Assembly: GCF_004010195.1 (NCBI RefSeq)
Contig: NC_057752.1
Span: forward strand, 10,637,631 to 10,701,630
Direction of reading: 5' to 3'
DNA length: 64,000 nucleotides
Source: Chiloscyllium plagiosum
Taxonomy: Eukaryota
In this document: positions 48,931 through 60,204 of the stretch, piece by piece
How positions within the stretch are numbered: the first letter of the stretch is position 1
How the letters are laid out: each line of letters opens with the position of its first letter
Translations under genes and position numbers: made by a program
Notes under the pieces: generated by a model
What the model saw: the letters and a program-made list of their open reading frames with translations, nothing else
Told to the model about the DNA's origin: nothing
Database searches by the model: none

Positions 48931-49189
48931 TATTCTGAAATAAACTTTCACTGGGATTTACGGTCCTTCCTACATCAAGTACATCAGATCTTTAACTATG
49001 CTGATATAACGGCTGAAAAATCTTCCATGGCAGATGGAAGTAATACTAAGCACAATAGGTCTTGTCCATGACTTTCAATAATTGACCTCGAATCCCTACT
49101 TTGAGTGTGTACAAACTGCCCGACTTTGCTAACGCAGCACTGTGGTGAAGCAATCTGGGGACAGTGTCTGCTGATGGCATCACAGTCTG

Positions 49190-50040
49190 GGAAGTGTGTC
49201 CTGCAGTCAGCACTCTTTGAAGTAATTTATATTGTAGATAAAGGGGAACCAGTAGACATATTGTATGGAGCCTTCCAGAGGCATTTGATAAGGTGTTGTA
49301 TCAAAGGATTTTGTGAAAAATAAAACCTCATGATGTTTGAGGGTGACACATCATCATGGATAGAAGACTGACACACAGAAAGGAGAAAGCAGGAATCAAT
49401 GCACAAACAAAAACAGAAATTGTTGATAAAGCTCAGTAGGTCTGGCAGCATCTGTGGAGAGATATCAAAGTTAAAATTGCGGGTTGAGTGACCCTTCCTC
49501 AGAACTGGAATTAATGGATCTTCTTCATCCTGGCAGGAGGTCACTGGTGTGCCACAGGGGTCAGTGCTGGGGCCTCAACACTGTACAATATATAGCAATT
49601 TTTTGGATGGTGTGACCAAAGGTGGGATAACTAAATTTACTGATGACATAAAGATAGGTACAAAAATGAGCTGTGAAGAGGATATAAGGAGCCTACAAAG
49701 GGATACAGATAGTTTATATGAGTGGACAAAGATCTGGTAAATGGAGATCATGTAGGAAATGAGGGAAGAACAAAAAACTAAATGGCGAGAGGCAGCAGAG
49801 CTCCAAGATGCAGAGGGATCTGGGTGCCCAAGTGGATGAGTCACAGAAGGTTAGCATGCAGGTACAGCAAGTAATCAGGAAAGCTAATAGAATGTTAGAT
49901 TTTATTGGGAGGGGAATTGAAAGGGAGAATGAGAAGACTAAGCTTCAGTCATAAAGGGCATTGGTGAGTGTACATCTGCATACGGTGTATAGTACTGGTC
50001 ACTGTACTTACGGAAGAATTTTAATGCATTGAAAGCAGTT
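49190..50040 (+). mobile_element. Old CR1 RT fragment with a short Penelope pLTR insert (about 49405-49506, minus)
   Basis: 'VDKGEPVDILY' and 'VPQGSVLGP...KFTDDIKIG'. The insert reads 'VLRKGHSTRNFN...QMLPDLLSF'. Confidence 0.75.
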
Positions 50041-50257
50041 CAGTTTGTATGCAATAAGCCATTAGCAGACTCTTTGCTAGCAGATCAATGTTCATTTAGT
50101 TATAGTGGTGGGAAATTCCTGCTTAGTCACATAAAAATGACCTCCAGTGCCACTTGGCTCCAGAGTGTCCTTGGTATTTCACCTAAAGTTGCTAAATATC
50201 TGGTATTAACTGATAATGTTGAGTTTGTAGCAAAAAGCAAGGGCTGACATACAGGAT

Positions 50258-52262
50258 GGAAATACAGAAAAGTAGGAGCAGGAGTTGGACTTTCAGCTCT
50301 TCGAGCCTGCTCTGCCATTCAATATGATCATGGCTGATCATTCAACTCAGCGCACTGTTCCCGCTTTCTCCCATGATCCTTTTCACCCTAAGAACTCTAT
50401 CGAAAACAGTCAATGCTTTAGCCTCAACTGCTTCCTGTGACAGAGAATTCCACAGACTCATCACTCTCTGGGTGAAGACATTAGTCAGGTAGGTGTTTGT
50501 TGCACTCCCCCCCAAAACATCCTTCCTCAGATAAAGAGACTGATGCTGCACACAATGCTCCAGGTGTGGCCATACCTATACAACTGCAGCAAGACATCCC
50601 TGCTCCTGCACTTGAATCCACTCATTATGAAGGCCTGCTTCACTTCCTGCTGCCCCCTGCAGGCTTACTTTCAGCAACTGGTGTACAAGGACAGTTAGAT
50701 CTCATTGCACCTCCTTATTTCCTAATCTATCACCATTTTGATAATAATCCACCTTTTTGGTTTTGCTCCCAAAAATCGATAAACTCACATTGATCCACAT
50801 AAACTGCATCTGCCCACTCACTCAATGTGTCCCAAACACACTGAAGCACAGTTCACCTTCCCATCCAGCTTTGTAATTTATTGAAGATTGCAAACAGCAC
50901 AATGAGTTCCCTCATAGAAATCATTAATATATATTGCAAATAGCTAGGGTCCAAGTACTGATCACTTAGAAACCTCATTAGCAACCACCTGCCACTCAGA
51001 AAAAGACTTGTTTATTTGTACTCTATTTCCTGTTTGCCAATCTATTCCCTATCCTCATTCCCACATGCTTTAATTTCTTACATGGGACTTTATCGATAGC
51101 CTTCTGTAAGTCCAAATAAACCACATCCACCAGCCCCCCCCCCCCCTTATCAACTTTACCTGCCACATCTTTGAAAAATTCCAGTAGATTTATCAAGCAT
51201 GATTTCCCTTTTGTACATCCATGCTGATTGTCTGATTTTGTTGTTGTTTTAAAACATAAGAGCTAGGAGCAGGAATAGGCAGTCTGGCCCTTCGAGCCTA
51301 CTCTGCCATTCAATAAGATCATGGCTGATCTTTTCATGTACTCAGATCCACTTACCCACCCTCTCACCGTATCTCTTAATTGCTTTACTGTTCAAAAATA
51401 AATTTACCTTAGTTTTAAAAACGTTTCATGAAGTAGCGTCAACTACTTCTCTGGGCAAGGAATTCCATAGATTAACAACCCTGTGGGTGAAGAAATTCCT
51501 TCTCAAATCAGTCCTAAATCTGCTCCCTCTAACCTTAAGGCTATGCCCTCTTGTCCTAACTTCACCTGCCAGTGGAAACATCCTCGCTACTTCTATCTTC
51601 TCTTCATAATTTTATAGGTTTCTCTAAGATATCTCCCCCCCCCCCCACCCCCCCCCCCCACAATCTTCTGAATTCCAATGACTATAATCCCAATCTACTC
51701 AATCTCTCCTCATAAGCTGACCCCCTCAACTCCGGAATCAACCTAGTGAACCTTCTCTGCACCCCCTCTAGTGCCAGTATATCCTTTCTCAAGTAAGGAG
51801 ACCAAACCTGCACACAGTACTCCAGGTATGGCCTCACCAGCACCCTGTACACCTGTGACATAACCTGTGTTTTTAAACTCAATCTCTTTAGCAATGAAGG
51901 ACAAAATTCCATTTGCCTTCCTAATTTTTTGTTGTACATGCAGACCAACCTTCTGTGATTCATGCACAAGGATACCCAGATCTCACTGCATAGCAGCATG
52001 CTGAAACTTTTTACCATTCAAGTAATAATCCTTTTTACTATCACTCCTACCAAAATGTGTGACTTCACATTTATTTACATTGTATTCCATCTGCCAGACC
52101 TTTGCCCACTCAATGTAATTATGTTCCTCTGCACACTTTGCTCTACCACTCAGCTTCGTGTCATCTGCAACCTTTGACACCCTACATGTTGTTCCCCAAC
52201 TCCAAATCACTTATATAAATTGTAAATAATTGCGGTCCCAACACCGATCCCTGAGACAAGTG
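50258..52262 (-). mobile_element. Two nested or adjacent CR1 fragments (about 50258-51240 and 51252-52262)
   Basis: 'FTQRVMSLWNSL', 'VLVRPYLEYCVQVWSPYLRKDILALEGVQRRFTRLIP' and 'SKVADDTKL'. Confidence 0.85.
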
Positions 52263-54401
52263 TTCTGATATTAAATCTTTTGTAATGGATGCTAGCATTT
52301 TGCTATGACCAATGTCAGGCTAACCAGTCTATAATTCCCTGTTTTCTTCTCTCAACCTCCTTTTTGAAATGCTTTTTTATTGCACATCTGCTTAAGGGGG
52401 TTCAAGTCCCACCTCCCTCAGAGGTGTGTCATAACGTGCCCAAACAGGTTGATTAAAAATCATTGCATGCAGCAACATTAAAAAGGGGGATAGCTGCTAT
52501 CTTTAGACTTATGGTGCTTGCTTCACTTGTTCCAAGTAACAGAGAAAACAGGGTGCAGCCATTAAGTGCTCTGCACTTAGGTGACAAGCATTTTGTACAA
52601 GTGTAAGTATTCATGAATTTGCTAGTGTGTGCTGTCATGCATTGTAAGGGATAAGCATGTCTTAAGTGGAAGTGCATAGTGGACAATATTGAGTTAGCTA
52701 TACCCTATCCAAGAGTCAGCATCGAATGGGGCATAAAACATGCAGCCAGATCAATAACACTGGCATAAGCTAAATTTATTTGGCAGATAATGATAGAGAT
52801 AAAAACTGAAAATGCTGGAAACATTCACTGGGTCTGGCAATATTCATGGAGCTTTTGAAATCGAGCTAATGATTCAGGATCTGACATTTCAAAAGGAAAA
52901 CCAGATGCTGCTGTGCATTTCCAGCATTTTCTGTTTTTGTTGCATTTTCCAACATCTGCAGGACTTCGCTCTTGTAATGGTGCAGACATGTTGACATTAA
53001 CTATAGAAGCTTCATTTGCAGATCATGTATTTCATGGGTCAGGGCTGAACAGTGTACAACACAACCATAACTCAAACTCATTAGTGCAGATCAGAATTTT
53101 ACATTCAACACAAAGTCACCTTGTCTGGATGCCTGGTTTACCTTATCTGAATTAAAATTGAAACAATTCTCAGCATCTTTGCATACAACACTGGTTTGTG
53201 ATTTTATCACAGGAGTGGCTTATTAAAATGAAGGCATTACATGTTAGGACGGAAGCAAACCATTAGGATAATAATGAGCACTTGATGAAATCTAACTAGA
53301 ATGAAAACACTGATACTTGTTTCAACATTTATTTCTCTAACATCTGCCTAATCAAACCAAGCCCATTTAGAGACTTTACCTCAAACTTTGAGTGCTCCAA
53401 ATCAATTTGCAAACATTTAACTGGGCACCATCTACTCACAATGGCATGGCAAAAAGACATCACTGCTCAGCATGTGGTTTCTCCAGATCCTAGCAAACTA
53501 AATTTTACTAGTGCATGCAGCACGTGGAATGAAGGCTGACTTTAACAGGCATCCACAAACTTTGTGGTAAGGAATTATCCAAACCTGAAACACTTCACAT
53601 TTTATAGCAATTCAGCAAGACACAGTTACCCTCAATCTGGATCATCTGAAGTCTGCTGTAGCAAGAGGTATTTAGTGTAATCATTTTGGCTTTCTGAACA
53701 CTGTTTTGAGTGGTTCTTGTGGTGCAGTCAGTGGTAGTGTACTTATCTCTGAACATGGAGGTCTGGGTTCAAGTTCCACCCGCCCTAGATGTGTCATAAT
53801 GTTCTTCAATATAACATCAGTAAATAGGTGCTCGGGTTGAGTGATAGTGTCCCTACGTCTGTACCAGGATCCCTGTGTTCAAATCCCACCTGCTCCAGAA
53901 TGTGTAATTACAGCTTGGATTAGAAAATCTATCAGACATGGTTTAATAAATTGGCTAATAGCTGTTAAGAAGCTCTTGCTCACCAAGTTTATCTAGTAAA
54001 CAGCTCAATCAGTTAGCAAGTTTCTTTCCTTGGCTATGCAGTTAGTTATCATAGCCAGAGTGACTATAATTGACCATTGAACGTAGAGGTTGAGGAAGAA
54101 ACATTGCCCACAATTCCTGTTCCTGGTCGAGTGAGTGTTGCTGGAAGTGCACATGTACAGAAATCAGGTGAGGACCGGACTTAGACAAGGCCCAGGAGAT
54201 TTCGTTTTCTGAGAATAAAGGGTGTAACATCCTGTAATGATTCCACTAATGGTTACATAATGCAGAGGAGGAACAACACAGAATCACTTCACCATTACTA
54301 AGCTATAACCAAAGGATTTCCCCTAACACTGACTGACCAAACTGTCGATTGCAATTTTCATATTGGAAGCTAGCTTTGTCATTGAAAGTCAATCCAGTTA
54401 T

Positions 54402-54670
54402 GGTGGCACAGTGGCCTCACAGCGCCAGGAACCCAGTTTCGATTCCAGCTTCAGGATGAGTGGAGTTTGCACATTCGTCCCGTGTCTGTGTGGGTTTCCT
54501 CCCACAGTCCAAAGATGTGCTGGCTGGGTGAATTGGCCATTCTGGATTGCCCATAGTGTAAGGTGCATTAGTCAGGGGAGGGGAATGGGTCTGGGTCGGA
54601 TACTCTCTGGAGGGTTGGTGTGGACTTATTGGGCTGAAGGGACTGTTTCTATACTGTAGGGAATCTAATC
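54402..54670 (+). mobile_element. HE1-like SINE
   Basis: 'ggtggcacagtggcctcacagcgccagg...ggagtttgcacattc...cccacagtccaaagatgtgc...ctgtagggaatctaatc'. Confidence 0.85.
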
Positions 54671-54944
54671 ATCATTCTCCACTCATTCTGTTTTGAGTAT
54701 GACTGAGTTCTTTTCTGTTAAACAAGTGATCATGCTTCAAGAGCTACATTTCCAGTTTCTGAATCAGGTCTTGAGATGGAGCTGTGCTTTTGGACAGCAA
54801 CTTATGGAAAGATTGCACTCCTTGCATCAATTCCACTCTCAGCATCATGGGTCATCCGATTCCAAGAGTTATCACTGGAACAGGGTTGTTAGGATGCACC
54901 CCTCCCCCACACACAGTCAGGAGAGGTAGAACTTGATACAATAG

Positions 54945-55256
54945 CTTAGTGGCTCAGCAGTTAGCATTGCTGCCTCACAGCACCAGGGACCCAGGTTCAA
55001 TTCCATCTTCAGGTGACTGTGTGGAGTTTGCACATTCTCCCAGAGTCTGTGTGGGTTTCCTCCAGGTATTCTGGTTTTCCTCCCACAGTTCAAAGATGTG
55101 CAGGTTGGGTGATCTGGCCATGCTAAATTGTGCAGGTTAGATGGCTTAGTCACTGGAAATGCAGGGATAGGGTGGATCTGGATAGCATATTCTTCGAAGG
55201 GTCGATGCGGACTCGATCGGCCAAATGGCCTGGTCCCATACTGTGGGGATTCTATT
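54945..55256 (+). mobile_element. HE1-like SINE
   Basis: 'gtggctcagcagttagcattgctgcctcacagcaccagggacccaggttcaattcc...gtggagtttgcacattctccc...ctgtggggattcta'. Confidence 0.88.
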
Positions 55257-56502
55257 AGTTAGTGCTGCCGATGCTGATGAGTGATTGCATCAATCATAAG
55301 TTAGATTAAAACTTTCCACATTGGTGAACAGTGAGTGATGTAACTGCCCACGCTGGCAGAGGCTTTGAATGTAGTATTTGATCTTCCCTTCTCAGTGAAA
55401 CACAGTATTGTAAACTTGTTGTGACTTTTTGTTTTTGCTTACTGAGGGGAGGGATATCACTAAAGGGGAGGTAACCAAGTTCACTTTACTATGGGAAGAC
55501 ATGGAAGAATTCCCACCAATTTTGCTCTAACATTACCCCCAGCTCCAATCCCAGAACACTGCTCCCTACCACCCAAGTGTGATATATTTTATTTCCAGGC
55601 TTGGCATAGGATGGTCTCTGGCTAGAAGGATGGTGATAATCAGGGTAATTTTGTGCTGTGGAAATAGGAAACAAAGACAGCCCAAACCAACATTGTATAA
55701 GACTCATTCTTGCACAATTACATTATGCTTGAAGACCTAGCTCCCAAAGATGCTTTCCACCAATACAAGAACTCTCTGCTTTCTCTTTTTTGCCTTTTGC
55801 ATCACTCCTTGAAAAATGATCTGCAGTTAAATAAATGACCAAAATATGGTACAGCACAAAATGAAAGCTGCATTTGACCGAGCATACAGTCAGGAAAAGT
55901 CATTAGTTTCCTCTTCTCTGTGCCTGTCAAGATGTGAAATTTAATGTTGGAGGTGGTTCCTGATGTCACTTTTACACGAGGGATACTGCAGCTCTGTAGA
56001 TCAGTATCAATTCTAGCAGAACATCTACTGTGTTCTTTCCATATATTTCAAACAATATCTGTTCTAATGCCTGAGTAAGGGTGCAGTTTTGTGCCAAATT
56101 CGGTGCAGTTCAGGTTGTCTAGGCAGGATTGAGACTGCCGAACTCATTTTGCACAGGATTCTTACAGGCAAGCAGAGACTGTTTAGAGTGGCTTTGAACC
56201 AACTCAGGTTGTGAAGGTGAAGCATTATTAGTCAATTGACTTTCCCATGTAAGTTTCACAATACGTTACCTACCTATATGTTTTTGAAAAGAAGTCCAAA
56301 TAATCTAGGCACTGATTACACTCTTGCAAATGGTTTGACTGAATGAGACCACATTAAATAAAGAGAACTGTAATCACTAACCAACTTTATGTGGGTCACC
56401 TGATTGCAATTTACTGAATTCAGGGCATTAGCGTAGCAAGTTAGTTTGAAACACTGCATTATTGACACATCCCAAATTAGTTGAATATATTTTGTCATTT
56501 AT

Positions 56503-57100
56503 ATCAAGAGGTTGGAATGCAAAAGCAGCAATGTGCTACTGAGACTTTATAAAGCTCTGGTGAGGCCCCATTTGGAATACTATGTCCAATTTTGGGCACC
56601 ATACCTCAGGAAGGATGTACTGGCACTGGAGCGTGTCCAGCAGAGATTCACACGGATGATCCCTGAAATGGTAGGCCTAACATATGATGAAAGGCTGAGG
56701 ATCTTGGGATTGTATTCATTAGCGTTTAGAAGGTTGAGGGGAGATCTACTAGAAACTGACAAGATAATGCATGGGTTAGAAAGGGTGTACACTGGGAATT
56801 TATTTCCGTCAGGCAGGCACAGCCTTAGAATTAGAGGGGGTCAATTTAAAATGGAAATGAGGAGACATTTCTTCAGCCAGAGTGTGGTGGGCCTGTGGAA
56901 TTCATTGCCACGGAGTGCAGTGGAGGCCAGGACATTAAATGTCTTCAAGGCAGAAATTGATAAATTCTTGATCTCGCAAGGAATTAAGGGGAGAGTGTGG
57001 GTAAATGGCGTTGAAATGCCCATCAGTCATGACTGAATGGTGGAGTGGACTCGATGGGCTGAAAGGCCTTACTTCCACTCCTGTGTCTTATGGTCTTATA
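56503..57100 (+). mobile_element. CR1 3' fragment
   Basis: ORF 56512..57036 reads 'LYKALVRPHLEYYVQFWAPYLRKDVLALERVQQRFTRMIP...FFSQSVVGLWNSLP'. Tail cttatggtcttat. Confidence 0.92.
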
Positions 57101-58511
57101 TAGATAACGTGTTCCCTCCGAGCACGACTTGGCTGTGGTAATACTGATCAACCTGCCAATCCTCAACGGAGTATAATATCTGAACTTACAGTTTTGAGTT
57201 CTGTATGTACTATGTATTAAATGCACCCACTGGGTCCCACAGCACAATTACACATTTCCCCCATCCCCACAGTGGATTGTTGGAACCACTTTGCTTGAAT
57301 CACATAATCTGCTTTAATATTTTGCATGTGACTTTATTTTGAAAATGTATTTTTTTTTGCATTTGAGTGACAATTAAATTTTGACTTTGAGGAACTGAAA
57401 AGTATCATCCATTATTGTCCGGAAGAAGGTGTTATTAAAAATCACCACAAAAGACAGGCATGCAAGACCCGAAACAAGGTCAACTGAAACAATCCCCTTT
57501 TCTCTCCACTTCTGAGTAAGTGGAGCCATGTTAAGTTACAGTCCAAGCCCTCATCAAAGTGGTTATCTTCATATAAGGCTATACAGTAAATGTTGGACAA
57601 CCAATTGATGGAGTGGTAGGTGAGGCCAGGGAAGTAGTTACATCTAGTCCTATCCTCACTGAACAAACACACACTTATCAACCAGAGGCACTGCATAATA
57701 CAGTCAGGGCAGGAAATCTGGTTGTTTCTTTCTTCCCTTTCAAGTTACAGGGATGTTGCAACTCCAAGCACCTCCACAGCTGACCTTCTGTGGGAGATAA
57801 CTCAATCCAGCTTAGAGCAGGAATTGAACCAAAAACCTTCCATGTCTGTGTGCTTCAGTAGAGTACTGGAAAGTGCACTTAGCCAAAGTGCCAATGGGAC
57901 AAGGCTACCTGAGTATGTCTGTGAATTATAAAGTCAGGATTACAGGCAAACTCATTTCCGCAGTGGGGACGGTTTGTCCAATGATTTTATTTATGCAGAG
58001 TTTATAATGTTAATCATTTGTAAGTGGAGGTTTAATTTTGGGACAAGGGCAGATGGAGAAAGGAGGTGTGAAACAAACACAGCAAGGTCCATCTGCCATA
58101 CATTAATAATGTATCTCAGTTGGCAAACACATCCTGTTAGACATGTTGTACAGGCAGACAGCATTTGAATTTTCATGTGTAAACTTCTCTCCCATTCCAT
58201 GTTGAAGGCAGGAATTGATTCATTGTGGAGGCAGTTTACATGGATACTTCTTTTTCCCATTAAAAACCAATAGCATGAAAAACAAAATCATGATTCACTG
58301 GGGAAGCTCCAATATTCCTGGACCCTTGTGTTTCTGTTTCTCACTTGGAGCAGATGTTAGTAACCAGTATAAATTCAAAGACTCTACGGTATCCTTTATT
58401 TATCCAAACTTAATACCACTTCTGTGGAAGACTTGAGGGTAGCACAGACAAACATGCAACACTATTGACGTACACAGGCAGAACTAAACATACAGAACTG
58501 ATAACATGTAC

Positions 58512-58613
58512 CATAGTGTATTGCTGGGGAGGCGAGACTGGCAGGAGAACTTGGGGGCAAGAGGTCGCAGAATACTGGATAGGCTGTGCAGAGGGCTGCA
58601 GAGATGGCAAGGG
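58512..58613 (-). CDS. R3HDM2: R3HDM2-like internal exon (102 nt, 34 codons, phase 0/0): PLPSLQPSAQPIQYSATSCPQVLLPVSPPQQYTM
   Basis: On the minus strand the acceptor is ...ctttctctgtgttgttggctttcttag| and the donor is ATG|gtacat. The peptide resembles the P/Q-rich 'QPVQ.S..SCPQVLLPVSPPQQY' segment of R3HDM1/R3HDM2/ARPP21 as I recall it. It joins in frame to the 42442-42672 exon. Confidence 0.85.
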
Positions 58614-60204
58614 CTAAGAAAGCCAACAACACAGAGAAAGTATTGGAAAGAAGAAACACAGGGTTAATGTCATCATCATCATCACTGCACAATAAACAAA
58701 AAAAAACTTTAGACAGACATTCTACAGCAATTTCTTTTTATCTTTGTCAAACCAACACTTGCTTTTCCCTTTGAAATGAGGGCATAAATGGTTCCTTTGT
58801 CCCCTCCCCAGTCCCATTTAATCTTTCTGCACATCTTGCATTCAAGAAAACAAGGAAGCAATTGGTGTTTGCCAATGTCGTTCTTCAGCCAGCTGCTGGT
58901 CAATGAACGACATGATCCTGTAATGACTCCCATTCTGATTTTCTCCCTGCCCCATAGGCCTCCATCTGATGCTGAGACAGCATTTTGGTGGAGATTAGGA
59001 ATTTAGCGCATTAGGGCTGAATCAAACTGATACCCCTCCACTAAACAGCCCGATGTGTAACCACTTTGAGTTGGTTTGCAACACAAAGATATTCAAAATG
59101 AAAAATAACTATTTTAAAGTCATGAATACAATCATTTTTGCAAAATGCAATTGTATAACAATAACCTATATGCTCTGTTGCACTGAGATGTAAACTGTAC
59201 ATATAGCCAATTTATACACGTGAATTTCCTTTGAGACTGCCCATATCCTTTCCAGTGTTAGCAGACACTGTAATCTCTGGTGCATAAATTTCAACTTCTG
59301 ATGTATTTTAAATGGAAGGGAGCAATCTAGAGGTTCCTTAAATCAAATCATTAACTGAAATTGGGAAGATGCGTGCAACAGATTTCAATTTTAAAACTTT
59401 GAGAGTGTCGAATCTACATGAATCTAAAGTGATGATTATATGAGGAGAATGTTGAATTACCTAGTACAGGGAAAGTCATCCTCATTGCACTTGGAGATTA
59501 AAGCAAACAAGAACAGGAACTTCTTCATTCCATAAGGGTAAAACAAATCCTAACTATCAAGTGATACTGTCCTTTGAAGAGTGTTCCACTCTACAAAGCC
59601 ATAAGGCAACATCCAATTCCACACACAGCAAATTATTTTCAAAAGTCTTAGGTTCTGCTTAGCCATCTCTTTGGTTGATGGATAGGAACCTATTTGTACC
59701 AGTTATCCAGTTAAAGAAAGATCTTCCGCTCCAGTAAAAAAAATCCTTCAGTGAATATTATGGCAGCAAAGGTTAAGCCAAGTGACAGTAATCTGTACGA
59801 ATTATTTATGCTTCCTGTAGGGAGGACCTGCAAAATCCTCTGATGCCTATCTGGAAGTACACATGCATGAAAACAACTTACACAACAATCTTTTCTTCCT
59901 GTACAATCTCTAACCTATTCATAGTCTCCTGAGGTCTCAAACTATCCCCTTTCTTTAAGCATAGTGCCTATTCTTGTGCCATTTGCAAATACCAACACTG
60001 CGCCTCTAACTTTATATTTACGACAAACAGCAATGGTCTCACTACTGATCACTGGCGGACATCACTGCTCAAAACAAAATTCCATTAACCAATACATACT
60101 ATTTTCTGTTCAAATAACATCCAATCCATGCTGATCCATCCAGTCTCCATAACATCAGGACGTTTCATTGTAGATAATATCTTCCACATGGTACTTTACC
60201 AAAT

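Noticed and set aside
53712..55010. tRNA genes suggested by GGTTCAA B-box motifs
   Set aside because: They are heads of tRNA-derived SINEs and do not form full cloverleafs.
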